A DNA stretch of 64,000 nucleotides, taken from contig CM007989.1 of NCBI GenBank assembly GCA_002189035.1, positions 4,340,001 to 4,404,000 of the forward strand. The letters run 5' to 3'. Positions 1 to 13,858 of this stretch are shown here, piece by piece. A program made the position numbers and the translations under genes. Numbering within the stretch: position 1 is the first letter of the stretch; each line of letters begins with the position of its first letter. The notes under the pieces were generated by a model. That model did no database searches. It was not told the DNA's origin and was given only the letters and a program-made list of their open reading frames with translations. The DNA comes from Utricularia gibba (lineage: Eukaryota; Plantae; Magnoliophyta).

Positions 1-239
1 AAAAAAACTAGTTTGAAAAAATGGTAATTAAACTAAAAAATAAGTTAACGGTAGATACTCAAATTCATTTACTTTTGGAGACTTTGTAAAACTGAATAAA
101 CAAACTAGATCTCTTAATATTTGATTGTGAAAAATTTAGTATGAATCAAATATAAAATATACATGTATATTTATCACAAAACACAAAATCAAAAATCTTA
201 AAGAAAGAATCAAGCCAGTAAACTAACTCTAATAGCCTT

Positions 240-500
240 AGAAATAATTCATCATTGACCTAACATCTTTGAATTGATCCAAAGGAGACCCAACATCACC
301 ATAGCCAACCTCAGCCAGCACATACCTATTCCAAGTGTTTTAAAGTAAATCATCACGACTTTTAGAGCATTTTATATTAGTATGAATAATTTAAAAAAAA
401 AACAGAATGACTCATCTATCAACAATATTTTTAGAGCATGTTAGTAGTAGCGGCTGGAAATTCATCCATATCACTTGAAATTTCACTCGTCTGATCCATG
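240..500 (-). mobile_element. Degenerate PIF/Harbinger-like DDE transposase remnant
   Basis: Minus frame reads SRDDLL*NTWNRYVLAEVGYGDVGSPLDQFKDVRSMMNYF, which resembles the Harbinger motif GKYYLVDxGY...LAPYRGVRYHL. It contains stops, and no TIRs were found. Confidence 0.35.
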
Positions 501-794
501 CTACACAATACTTAGATACTTCCATCTTCTTTGGTATTTCGGTGATCGATTGTGGCATCCAGCACGCAGGTTGTGAGGTAAAATAGGGATAATCCTGAAG
601 TCAAAGCGAAGCTCCACCTATACAAAACAGAAAAGAAAACAAAGTGGCACACACTCCTGAAGAATAGGGGAGAGAAAGTATCAGCCATGGAAGTCCCAAT
701 CCCCCCCCTACCTAAGGGGCGGGAGAGCATCCAACACAAGCACAGAGACTATGAAATGTGGTCAGCCCCCACCTAAGCGTAATGTACATGTCTC

Positions 795-3449
795 TCATGG
801 ACATCCGTAAGGCCTAACTGTTGCAGGGAAGTCTGCTCGTGGTCCAGCCAGTGAATAGTAAGCCAGGATGTGGGCGGGGTGCTCCACCTGGACTTCATTG
901 CCGTTGCCGTCGGAGATGCTGTCTCGCCTCGCAGGGATGAGCTCGATGTTCCAAAAGGGTCGAATCATGGGTGACAGATCTCGGCCGTCTCCTGATGCTA
1001 GGTATCCTTGCACCCACAAGTACCTCATGGAGGTGAGCTGCAGTGCGGCCATTGCTATTGCACGTTCACTGAAACAGCATCCTCTCATCTCTAGCTTCTG
1101 CAGCCTGGGGCACCCTCTGGAGAATTCCAGTAGCCCTTTATCTGATTCTCCCACGAACCCAAGAAGCATCCATTTAATGTTATTGCTATACTGACCGATG
1201 TAACTAAGGCCTAAATCTGTCAATCCCCCAGGTCGGAGATACAAGGCGAACCTCTCAAGTTTATGGCAGCCGGTTAGAAGTGCTCGGACACCCTTGTCAA
1301 GAGGCAAGTCTGTGATTCTTTCTTGTCTTTCAAGTAGAACTAACCGAAAATCATTGAGTTCCTTGGAGTGACTACCAATGCATGCCAAGGATTCGTTGGT
1401 GACGTCCGACACATATACGGCAAAGTATTCAAGTTTAAGGCATCCTTGTGCCACAGCCATCAATCCTCTCTGCGTTACTATGCCCTCTAAATCTTCAATA
1501 TCATCATTTTCATCAGCTCCACGCTCGATCCTCAGTCTTGTAATCCTCTTACAGAATGAAGCAACAATCTCCAACCCTCTATCTCCTATGACATTTCTAG
1601 CCTGTTACATGTGAAGAGGGAGAAAGGTTATGATAATATAAAGCAACAAAAGAAAGTCTGTTCATGACATGTAGAAGAGGGTCTTAGTGATGGATTCCAG
1701 TAATATTAGTGGCAATTCACTATACTAATCAGCAAACCAGGTCCTAGGAAACCTCGGACCTCAATGTGACTGCTACACAAACTCTACGCCAATGTACTTA
1801 GGAATGTGTCATTCATGTAACTCATAACGAGGCAGCCCAAAAACCAAAATACCTTCAAATTAACAGCTAGATGAAATCATCACACACCGGATGGATATCA
1901 ATAAATAAAACTGCATCTTGCGTCAATAGCATTCAAAATATTCTGCATCATCAAAACTGAATCATGATACAAATTTTACCTCAAGATTTTCAAGGTTAGG
2001 ACATCGCTGCAGTAGCCGGCAATGGCTATCAGTGTCGAGCATAGCAAACAGAAGATCTAATTTTTTAAGCCTCGTTGCCACAGGATACACAATGGGCATC
2101 TCTGCTTTCCCTAGATACGTAAGGCCCAACTTACACAGCTTCGGTGGAAACACAACAGCAGCATACCGTTCAAGCTGTTCATCAAGAACTTCTTCACCAT
2201 GGTAGATAATAGGCTCTCTAAAACATCCCCAGCAAATTCTTCTAACGAAGCAGCAGATCTGAAAAAACCAATTAGGTCTGAAAGATCATAGTCACTAATC
2301 TTCATTGAGACCAAGGATGGGCATCTCCTTGCTATGAGCTCCAAGTCACCAGGTCTGACTCTCGAGATCTCAGTTGCATAGAAATTCAAATTTTCTAAAC
2401 ATGTGTTGTTGTCCGCAAGTTCATGCAGCCATTCACCATCATTTTCATCGAACGTGCTCTCTTCCATGAAGAAACTTTTCAAGTTCCTGGCAGACCAGGA
2501 TGATTAAATTCCCGCACGGAAAAAGAAAGCGATTCTTTCAAACATTGCATGCCAATCAGCCTTAGAGAGAGTATGTAAAAGAAAAACAAGCTTTTGTGGC
2601 ACACGGTTTTGCCTATATGGATCCCATGAATTATTATAGCCCAAGTTTTTACTTTTTCTAAGGCCTTTTGAAATATGCCGCTTTGGCATCATTTTCTGGG
2701 AAAAAAGGGCATCTTCCTATGGCTTTCACTTCACTAAACGCTACTATGGCCTTCTGCTAGGCTGCAGAATGGTTCCACACGAAAAAAAAAAGAAAAAAAA
2801 CCCAATAACGATGTGCATAAAAATAGCAAAGAAACAAGAAGTTTGACAAAAAAGGGCATAACCAAATAAAAGCTCAAGATGAAAGAGATGAATTGGTTAA
2901 GTGTTTCTACCTGCATAAGCGCGCTACATGAAGAAGCCCGTCGGTGCTGAACCCCGAGCATTTATCCAGCTTCAGCACTTCAAGAATTTTGCCATTGGAA
3001 GAGGCTAATAAGCGGAGATCCGAATCCTTCACAATCATCCTCCTAAAGTGGAGCACCTTCAGTCTCTCAAAAGATCGAGCAATCTCCTCCAGCCAGGGCG
3101 TAACAAACCCTCCCCAATCCTCTGGTATCAAATTGAACATCGCCGACCGCGGCTTTCCCTTTAGTTTCAACGATTCGAGTTGGGGGAACCGCCGCGACAA
3201 CAGCTGAGGAGTCGCGGAGTAGCACAGCGCCACCGTTATCCCCTTCCGCGTGATCCTATCGATCTCGTACCAGGCCTTGCAGACCAGCGACACCGCGTGT
3301 CTATCACGCGCCTCCGTGACGTACGGGATCACGCACTCCCACACGGTATCGTACGCCCCTCCACTGCTCCCGCTGACCGGACTTTGATCGCCTTCGTGGC
3401 CGCCATGCCCGTTGGATCTCGCTCTCCTGTTTTCTCCTCCCCTATCCAT
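795..3449 (-). CDS. COI1: Coronatine-insensitive 1, F-box/LRR jasmonoyl-isoleucine receptor; 3 exons (3449-2911, 2486-1980, 1601-795), with an apparent 1-nt deletion in exon 2
   Basis: Motifs AVSLVCKAWYEID, LKLKGKPRSAMFNLIPEDWGG, FRLVLLE, FALYLRPGGLTD, LQKLEMRGCCFSE, YLWVQGY and HPAHILAYYSLAGPRADFP. GT-AG introns fall at the conserved positions. Exon lengths are 539+507+807 nt, and 508 is needed for frame. Confidence 0.97.
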
Positions 3450-4495
3450 CGTCAACTGTGGATCACAGAAGCGCAAAAGACGCACAACAGCAAGACCTCC
3501 GGCAGCACATGAACCCCGATCGAGATCTGTGAGCAGGAATCGAGGGTGCGAAGATAGAGTGGGGGCGGCGAAGTGACAGCGACGGGCTCAGTTGCGTTGA
3601 AGTTCTAACACCCAAAGCGCTCCCCAAATTCATCTTATGCAACAAATCAGCCGTCTTATAAAATTTCCAATTTCCATCCAAAAATATCATAAAAAAGAAA
3701 ATGGACAAATTAATTCCATGCCTCTTCAAATATCCAAAAGGTTAGATGACATAAGCATGCATCTCGTGTTATGTGCATCTCAAAATCACACCATATGGTT
3801 TCTTAAAGCCAAAATTCCAGTACTCATGCATTGGATCCGATAAAAAAAAAATATAAAGATGCATTTGGTTATCGAATTTAAATATATTGAATTAATTAAT
3901 TATAAATAAAAAATAAAAATATTTTATAAATTTATTTATATAGAAAATAGTTATGTTCCTATCATTTAAAATTTAAGGACATTAAATCTCAAGCTTAGTT
4001 TTTCATAAATATTATATTATTTAGTAAATACGAAATTTTAGTATATATATATTAATATTTTTCATTTAATACAATCTATCAAAGACATTCTAAAAGAATG
4101 TATTAATTTACTAGGTTAGGGTATAAGGATTTAATTTATATTTATTTACATAGAAAATAACATTTTTTTTTCAAATTTTAGATGTATTTAAAATCTACGA
4201 AATAAATATCATATAATTTATAATTCTAATTATCTCCATCAACAAAAATGTATTAAAGTTAAATATGCTTAGGTGACATAATATTTACGAGTCGAGATGA
4301 CACGTAATGTTACGCTTATGCTTAAAGTACAGTTGTGGTGTAAATTAGAAGTAAATTGGAACATCATAACCAAACATCATTTTCTGGACTTCCAAGGAAA
4401 AAGAGCATCCTTTTCCAAATGGTTTTAGATGCTTATGTATTATCATTTGTAAAGCTAGTGCGTCAAAAACTTTTAAAACCGTCGTTTACTGTTTC

Positions 4496-4520
4496 ATTAT
4501 TATTATTATTATTATTATTA
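4496..4520. repeat. (ATT)8 microsatellite upstream of COI1
   Basis: attattattattattattattatta read directly. Confidence 0.9.
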
Positions 4521-5143
4521 GATATTAAAAATGCTGAGATATTATCATTTTTTTAAAAAACGATACAATCAATGTCAATAGATGTGGTCAAAAACAAAAG
4601 GCCCGTCCACGTCAATATCACTATTTAAAAAAATAATCGAGCATTTAGTTTCCCTGACTGTTTTTAAATATTATTTAAAAATTTTATAAAACCGGAGTAC
4701 TCTATAGCTATGACACTTGATGGCTCTTGCTCCGTACAAAACTCAACATCTCTAGAAGAGACGAGTTTCAATTAATCAATACAATTAGAATAATTAATCT
4801 CATGATTAGCTTGGAGCGCGTTGGGGGGATTAAAACTTCCAATGACTATTAACATTCGTTTAAAAGTATGTTTTAATTTGCTCCAATGAGTTTTGTATTA
4901 TTATTATTTATGAAAGAATTATTTATTACATGATTGATACAAGATTTATAATTAGATTTGTATACAGTGTTATTAAAATGTTCATAATTGATAATTGGAG
5001 GAAAGATTTATTTGGAACACAAAGATTTCATCATAATGAGATTAAGTAAAAGTGTTTGATTATAAGCATGTATCTAACTCTAATATCAAATGCAACAATT
5101 TATTTTTTTGAACAATATTATCTGTTTTTAATAAAATATCTTT

Positions 5144-5862
5144 TGTTAGAAGCAGTGTATTCATCATCTTTCCTTCGAATACCATTTAGTTAAGCAAATA
5201 CTCAAAATTAGGACAGCAGTGTGTGGTTAGATGGATTGAGTGCCAACTTGAGTACTGATCGAGAAGAAGATTCAAATTGAATGCGCTTTCTGAAGGCAAT
5301 GAATGGGAGGTTGAAGAGCCATGAAGCATGGATCCAGCACCGACCCTCATTGTGCTTCAGTCCCCCTCAGACGGGGATGGACAGGTGAATTCCTAATCTG
5401 GTTTAAAGCCCAAGCCGTCCGTCTTCATTAGTTCGTTGAGCTACTGATGTATGTTAACATCCACGTCCCTTGTAGGCATCGCTAGCGGCAAAGGCGGAAT
5501 CCATTCCTTTCTCGTGCTTTGAACACTCTCTCATCATACGGCTTGCTCTTCAAGCAGTGGAAGCCATTCCAAGAGTGAATAAGAGTAGTGGAGAGAAAAC
5601 AATGGTTTCTTATTAATCATAATGCATGTTTATATATTTGATATTTCTAATTATAACTATAGAAAAATCCTATATTATGTTAATGTAACATATATACTAT
5701 CTATCATACATATTATCTACAATTATGAACATGTACTAACCACAAATATGGTAAAAACCATATTTATGATGATATGTATATTTAGTCTAACATATTTATA
5801 ATTATGATATTACATATTTTTAACTTAATATATTTATAATAATACATATCTCTAACTTAACA
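5144..5862 (-). mobile_element. Ty1/copia 3' LTR (~720 bp)
   Basis: On the minus strand it starts TGTTAAG immediately after a G-rich PPT and ends CTAACA. There is an internal TATA-like TATATAAA, and RNase H lies just upstream. Confidence 0.65.
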
Positions 5863-6240
5863 CCCCCCCCCCTCCAGCATGTACAATCTTATAGAAAAGT
5901 AAATAGTTCCATCAATTGCAAGTGCCATAACAAGATCTGAAAACGATTAGTCAGTAATGACTTAGTGAAGATGTTTGCCAATTGGATGTTGGATGAAATA
6001 TGTCGAGGAACAAGAAAATCTATTTCATAACTTTCTCGAACCACATGGTAATCTATGTCCAAATATTTCATTTGCTCATGGAATACTAAATTTTGTGTGA
6101 TGTATGATGTTTCATCATAAAGAAACGAACTATTTAAGTTCCTATACTCTGCTACAATAAAGGATCTCGAGATTGTAGGTTACTTCTTAATCTTTCAAGG
6201 TATTAATTGACTTATAAAGAAAATAAAATATCCTATGAGC
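5863..6240 (-). mobile_element. Ty1/copia RNase H remnant plus polypurine tract
   Basis: ORF 5889-6071 KYLDIDYHVVRE...HISSNIQLANIFTKSL matches copia KHIDIDYHFVRE...QLADIFTKAL. PPT GAGGGGGGGGGG abuts the LTR. Confidence 0.85.
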
Positions 6241-6299
6241 TTATCTTCCTCATACCACCTTGTAGAAACCAATCTACTATTGACCATCCTATAAAAAGA

Positions 6300-8014
6300 G
6301 AAAAGATAGATTAATTAACAAAGTCAAAAGACTGGCTTTTTCAACAGAAACCAATAACATAACAAGACACAGTTAAACTTATCTAAACAAGGCTAAGCAT
6401 TGAATCAAATTTATTTCAGCAAGTTTCATTCAAAAAATTAATCAAAACCAACAAAGACCTTCAAAAAGGAATTCAACCCACAATAAGACATAATCAAATT
6501 TATCTCAACATTAATAGCTCCTGATTACCCAAAACCTAAATCAAAGAAATTTATGTAAATTGATGATACTCTTTCAAAAGCAAAAACAAGAATATTGAGT
6601 CTTGCAGAATAGGTTTGAAGACTATGGGTTTGTACTTACAGGATAGATTTAAAAGAGCTAACCTTGTAGGATGGGTTTGAAGAGCAATTACCCAAGACTC
6701 ATGAATAAGGTGCAATTTACATAGGCTTATAATGAAGAACTGAAGCATTGGTGCCGGTGGAATTGAGAAAGAAAAAAGTCAATGCCATTTTTTAGTACCT
6801 ACCTTAATGGATTTCCACAATGGAAGTGGAAATTCTATTCATGAAAATTTGGAAACAAGACTACAATCACACAATGTTTTCCATAAATCTAATAAAAGAA
6901 ATGGAAGTATCACATAGGCTTCCATAGAAACCATTGAAGATGCTCTTAGATCTTTGATAGGAATAAAAGGAAACATAACCCTAGGGAAGAGAAGTGAAAA
7001 TACATCTATTCCCTCAACTTCGTTTCAAGAAGGAAAACATTGTTGCCACCCAAAAGTACTAGAGATTATGAATGACAAAGTGTTCAACATGGTTGGGGAA
7101 ATAAAGGAATTAAAATGAGGAATGACCGATGCTTTCTTGAACAAGTAAATTGTTGCTGTACTTACTTAGTTTATTTTTATTTAATTATTTGTTTGTTATA
7201 TTTATTAATTGAACAAGGAATTAAAATTAGTTTTTAGTAGGAATTAGATGCATGTTGTTATTTGTTTTTAGATAATTTTGAAAAATCTGCTTTGAAACAT
7301 CAAATGATTGAGCAATACGATTGTGAGATGACCTAGATGCATGAACTTTCCATGTCTTTTTAAACCTTGTGCGTATGTTATTACCGTTATTTCCATATGA
7401 GTGCATGCATGATTTGATGAACCTAGGGAGTGCATTCTGGATTGTTTTTGTATGAGTTGGTAGATTTCATAGCTACCATGGATACTGATTACCAACTAAA
7501 AAAAAGAGGAGAAAGGAAGTATGAATAAGGGCTTAGAAAAGTATTATCATGTAAAGAGCAATGAGAACATATGTGGACTAAATTAGAAGTGAATAAGTTA
7601 GCAGAGATAGATCAATTTAGAAGAGTAGAAGAAGGTCTGGTGGTATAAGGTGTGAGTATTTGACCGACATTCTTCCAAAGAAAAGGCCATGACAATGCAC
7701 CTAGACTAATATCGAACTAGCTACTTCATTACTTCTTGTACAAAAAAAAGAAGAAATACTTGAAAATCGGTTGACAATCATGATCCTAAATGGCTTTGAA
7801 CTAACCCACTCAATGAAGTAATTTTTGAAGGCACTATCCAAGGGAAATCTCATCATACATATATGAGTGATTACATGACATGTATACAAGCACTTGCATA
7901 GTTCATGCATATGAAGATCATTGATCATTGTTAGCTAACATCATATGTTATTTGGAAGTAGGTTCATGCTAGTCTACGATTTGGGGACAAATTTAACTTT
8001 ATTGTAGCATAATG
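6300..8014 (+). mobile_element. Athila-like Ty3/gypsy 3' internal region (degenerate env-like ORF end and 3' UTR)
   Basis: The frame ending EIMNDKVFNMVGEIKELK* resembles the ORF ends at 32376 and ~33310. 7270-7650 aligns by eye with the reverse complement of 32780-33170. ATTGTAGCATAATG|TGATAA precedes the LTR, as at 31452. Confidence 0.6.
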
Positions 8015-11000
8015 TGATAATACAAAATTTTTTATGTTTTAAGGATATAAAAATCACTAATTTATATTGTGATTTGAGTGTTTATTGTATTACTTTTAAG
8101 TATTTTGCTATAGTTTAGGGATAGTTGTGATTTTATGTGTATGTGGACTAAATCATGATTGGTAAACGGAAAATTATGCACACATATGCAAATTTCATGT
8201 ATCAAATAAATTTATAAACCTAATATACACTCAATAATGAACAATTATGAACATAGTGATTCAGGTCAAACACAAAGAGCTGGTGCTTGTTATGTGAGAG
8301 TCACTGCATTCAATGAATGTTACAATTGAAATATTTAGTTTAAGTTAAAGCTAATGTAAGTCTTCGATAAAAAACAGTAAAGAAACAAGCGAGCAAATCA
8401 CGTTCATGTCTAAATGAAAATAATATGATACCTTGAGATTTTTATGGGCAACATGCTCATCATTGTAATCATTCCTTCCTAACCTATAATCATGCATCTA
8501 ATCAACAAAAGTTTAAGTTTACCTAAACCTTTTTTTCTCCTAATCTTTGGTGTAACTTTAATTAAGGTTGTATAAGATGAGTTTCACTATCTTCCTCTCC
8601 CACATCTATCCTAATTTGTTAATGAAATAATGTGATTATATGGCTAGCATGGATTAAATATCAATGAGCATATTTGTCGTCTTTGATCACAAGGCACCCC
8701 TTAGAACTTAGCTACTCATGTAGAGGGAAAATAAAACACATTCATAATATAGTACAAGCATCATCCTCATTTTACAACTTGAAATCAAGAAAGAAACATA
8801 AACAATAACTAGAATTGTAAATAGTTTGTGTGAAATGCTAAAAATACTCTAAACTAGGAGTAATGCTTCTGTTAAATGAAAGAAAGCTTCAAAGGTAAGC
8901 TTTGTTCTTCATTCCTTCTTCCCCGCCTTCTTCTACAATTTTCTTCTTGTTCTCCCTACCATAAGTGTTATGTATTGTTCTTCAAAATAGTAGAGATATT
9001 TTTCTCTTACTTCATTATATCCAAAATTCATATTTTTCTATTTTTTTAGATTTTGGTATACTTCAATTCAGTTTTTTTTTTCCATCTTCTACCACCTTCA
9101 TTGTTTTCTTGGCCTTAGATTTCAAATGGGTAATAGGACCTAATTTCACACAAAAGAAGATAGTCTCGAACAAAATAAGAAGTAGCAGAGATAAACACTC
9201 TAGTGGAACAGAAACAAAGGGAAAACAAGGAAGTTAAGCCTCCAGGCGTCGCTCCTCCTCCAGCCACCATGCTCATGTCCAAGTTTTGTCCTGTTCTGAT
9301 TGGCGGTAGGGCATGTACTCTTAGGTTCCAGAAGTTGGGTTGAGCTTATTCTTTTTGTTATAGGCGATGGGCTCCATCCAAGGTGTGAGGTCCACATCAA
9401 CTCCTTGATGCTTGAAGTGTAGAGCAGCAGCTTCTACAAAAGAGGGGAATCTGTTGCGGAAAATAGAGAAACGTTCCCAGGTTGCCTCCTGGATGGGATA
9501 TCCATGCCATTGCACCAACAGTGTGACCTGTGATCCTTGTCGACATGCATCGAGGATGGCTTCAGGGCAATACACATCAAGCGGGTCTGTTGCTGTTGGA
9601 TCTTCGGAGGGTGTACCTGAGAATCTTTTGAGTAGGGATACGTGGAAGATAGGGTGGATGTGGTTGGATGAGGGCAGCTTGAGACGATAAGTAGCAGCAC
9701 CAATACATTTCTCCACTTGGAAAGGGCCATAATAGCGAGACCTCAATTTTGAGGGAGCTTGTTCTCTGGCAGAGATTTGGTGCAAGTGGTGAAGTCGCAG
9801 CTAGACCCAGTCCCCTGGTATAGAGGTGACTTCACAGTGGTGGCGATCATGATAAGATTTCATACGCTCCTAAGCTGCTCGAATGTGGTTCCTTAAAGTA
9901 ACTAACATATCAGTTCTCTTGCACAACAGCACATCCAAATCAGTAGCAATTGCTTCCTGTGGGTGATATTGGTGGAGGGATGGAGGGGGCCTACCATAAA
10001 CAACTTCAAAAGGTGACATACGGATGGAGGAATGATAGCTAGAGTTATAAGCATATTCAGCCCAAGATAGCCAGGATGACTAGTTGTGCGGGTGGTAGCC
10101 AGAGAAGCCTTGGAGATACAATTCCAGAATACGGTTGGTAACTTCCGTTTGGCCGTCCATCTATGAGTGATAAGTAGGGCTAAAGAGGAGTCGATGCCAT
10201 TGAGCCTAAAAAGTTCCTACCAAAATTGGCTAGTAAATACCAGATCCCGGTCACTCACAATGTCTTGTGGGAGGCCATGTAGCTTGAAAATATTATCAAA
10301 GAAAATCTTGGCAACTTTCTTAGTAGTGAATGCTCATTTCAGAGAGATAAAATGAGTGTACTTCGATAGCCTGTCAATTACCATCATGATCACTGAAAAG
10401 CCTTGAGATTCAGGTAGTGCAACGATGAAATCTAGAGACAAATTGAACCAAATGGCCGATGGAATCGGTAAGGGTAATAAGAGTCCAGCAGGTTGCAGGG
10501 TCTCTACCTTGTTTTGTTGACAATTTCTACACACTTTCACAGCTTCAATAACTGACCTCTTCATTCCACTCCAATAATAGTCTTGCTTAAGCCTTTGTAG
10601 TGTTTTACCGATGCCCTCATGAAATAGATTGTGAGTTTGTGTCATCATTATATGGATCAACTTAGAGTGGGGAGGTAGGGTGACTCAGTGCTTGAAATAC
10701 AATATCCCGTTAGCGAACTCCCAATGAGGGCGATCTCGAAAAAGAGCCAAGAACTCAGGATGTTTCTGTTGTTCTTCCTGTGCAACACGTAGGGTATTAG
10801 GAAGAACAAGTGAGAGGGCAGCAATGGAAAGTTCGGGAGCTTCATCTTTTCGGGACAGCACATCAACGACGCGGTTAGTTCTCCCAGTCTTGTACTCCAT
10901 CGTGAATGAATATCCCAAGAGCTTAGCAACCCAATGTTGTTGCGGCAAAGTGTGTAGCTGTTGGTCAAGGAGGTACTTCAGCGAGCAATGGCCGGTTCTC

Positions 11001-12710
11001 ACAATAAACGTTGTACCTAGCAAGAAGGAACGTCAATGATGTACGGACTTAGCTAAGGTGATAAGTTCTTTCTCATAAGCCGGTAGTCTTTTCTGGGATT
11101 CGGATAATGATCGGCTGAAGTAGGAGATGGAGTGTTTGGCCTGCATCAATACAGCACTGATCCCCACATTCGCATCACATTCAATAACAACGAGATGGTT
11201 GAAGTCAGACAATGCCAACATCAAAGTAGATAACAAGAGTTTCTTCAACTTTGAGAAAGCTTGAGTAGCCTTTGGAGTCCACATAAAATTATTTCGGCGT
11301 AACAGCATGGTAAGCGGTGAAGTCACAGATCCATAATCTTTAATGAAGTGGCGATAGTAGTTGGCCAAATCCAAAAAAGATTTGAGTTTAGATGAGTCCA
11401 AGGGAAGAGGCCAAGTGTTGACAACCTCTAACTTGGAAGGGTCAGTCTCTACTCCCTTGGCAGATGCAATGCGATCCAAGTACTTAACCTCGGGTTTCAA
11501 GAAAGCGCATTTGGATCCCTTCAAATGTAATTTGCTCTTTTGCAACTGCTGAAAGGCTTTGCTCAAGTGAGCTACATGCTCTGAGAGGGACGGGCTGTAG
11601 ACAAGAATATCATTGAAATAAACTAGAACAAATTTCCTCATCATATCATGAAATACCTCATTCATTAACTGTTGGAAGGTTGAAGGTGCATTGATCAGAC
11701 TGTACAGCATCACTAAGTACTCAAAGTGGCCGGCATGAGTACATATTACTGTTTTCTCAATCGAATTAGCAGCCATGCGGACTTGATTGAACCCTATGCG
11801 AAGATCGAGCTTGAAGAAATATTTAGTTCCCCCAAGTTCCTTCAAGAGTTCTTCAATAATAGGTATGGGAAACTTGACAGGTACAGTGATCTTATTTAAA
11901 TAACGATAATCTCCACACAACCTTAAGGTACCTCTGCCTTAGCCACAGGGTGATGGGTGATGCAAAAGGAGAGGATGAGGGCTTGATAATGCCCTGTGTT
12001 AGCATCTCTTGGCACTGTTTCTTGATCTCTAACTTCATGTGATAGGCAGTCCGATAGGACTGTAGAGCCACAGGGGAGGATCCGGGTTCAAGTACGATAC
12101 GGCGATCACAAGCACGAGGGGGTGGTAATGTCTTCGGTTCTTGAAAAATATCGTCATATTTCTGCATCGGCTCGGAGACTAGAGTAAGAGAGAAGCATGA
12201 CGGTTTGATAGGAGAGTGTTGTAGTCCGACCAGATTATATCTTGCTCCATTGCGTTCAAACACCATCTGCTTTGATCGAAAATTCAAAATCACATCACCT
12301 AGTTTCATCAGCCATTTTACGCTAAGGATGACATCATAGTGCAATTTATCAATAATAGTGAGATCGAAACACTCCTGGAATTCACCTAGTTGCACCATAA
12401 CACCATTCGCACTTTCAAAGACAATGACCTTGGCTCCATCAATTGCTAGCTGAAAAGAGCGCCTGGTGTGCGGTAGAATATTAAGTCCAAGGGCTGCCAC
12501 CGTCTCTCGTTTGATGAAATCATGGGTGCTGCCTATATCCACCAAGACATATATGATATGACCAGTGATCTTTCCCTCAAGGACCAACTGTTTGGGTTCC
12601 TCAGAACCCTCCTGGGGGCCGATTACGACATTCACAGACAGAAGATTCTCCCCTTTGGATGCTTCATTCTCGATGGTTGTATCCTCTAGTGGTTCATCGT
12701 ATATGGCAAT

Positions 12711-13858
12711 TGATAAACGAAAAATTCACACGTCGTAAATGTAAACTTTCCTATCAAATAAATTTATAACCTAATACGCCTTCAAGCATAAAAAAATTAT
12801 GAGCATAGTGATTAGGGTCGAACACGAAGAGCAGATGCTTGCTATGTGAAAGTTAATGCATGAAACTAGTGTCACGTTGGTAAAATTGGTCTTAGTTAGG
12901 ACTAAGGCAGAACTAAAACGAAATACAGTAAGGAAAAGTTATAAGTTCTGGAGCTCGGTTGTTTCTGAAATGAAATGGGTGATGCCTTGGGACTCGTAGG
13001 GGATGTATGCTCATCATTAAACAAGCTCATACAAATCATAAATCATACAACTAACTCAAAAGATCTAGGTCTACCCGGATTCTTGTTTTCCCCCTAATCT
13101 TTGGTCTACCTCTAATTAGGGTTGTTAAGTTGGGTTTCACTACTTCCCCCTGGATCTATCCTGGTTTGTTAAGGAAATGATATGACTTATGATTTATTAG
13201 GTTTAAGGATGGATTAGCATATTTCTCCCATTTTCACCCTAAGGTACCCCCCTAAGCACTTAGCCTCTCATGCTTAAGGTAAACGAAAGTGGAAAAGAAA
13301 ACATCACCCACAAGGTGCTCATTTCACAGTCGAATACCAGAAAGCAAACAAGCAAGTAATGTGAAATGTCAATAAAAAAACTAAAAACGTCGCTAGCTAC
13401 TCTTAGCTAGGAGTAATATTCTTCGAAAACAGAAAAATAGTCTTGAACTTCAGCTTCGTTCCTGTTTTTCTTCCTTCTTGTTCTTCCCTCGAAAAACTTC
13501 TCCAGATAGCTGTTCGTGAGTCTCCAAGGGGAGATCTGTCTTCTCTCTCATTTTCCCTCTCTTTTTGTCCAAAATCTCACTTTTTCACCTCCTTGGACTT
13601 TGTGTGTACTTTTTTTCAGACTTCTGCCACCTTCTCTGCCACTACACTATTCATATTCGGCTCCTTGGGATTTGTGTTGCGACCTGTACTGCATTGCTCG
13701 AAGGAAACTAGTAGAAGGTTGGGACTAAATCGCAGACTAAATTGGCACTACTACGATACTTATGTGCAAAAATACAGAGCTAGGCAATAAAACTTAGTTT
13801 TTGTAGCACAAAATGAGTAAATTCCATGCATTGAGCCACTCAAAAATATGTGTTATCA
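12711..13858 (-). mobile_element. Athila-like solo LTR (1148 bp) inserted between gag and protease of the Reina element
   Basis: TGATAA...TTATCA termini and TSD GCAAT/GCAAC. Removing it restores the frame QCKQLFYVAIYDEPLEDTTIENEASKGENLLSVNVV. Confidence 0.85.

Noticed and set aside
512-739. 75-aa minus ORF just downstream of COI1, and G-runs at 695-770 as a G-quadruplex
   Set aside because: The ORF lies in the expected 3'UTR with low-complexity composition, and the G tracts are too few and too widely spaced for a confident G4
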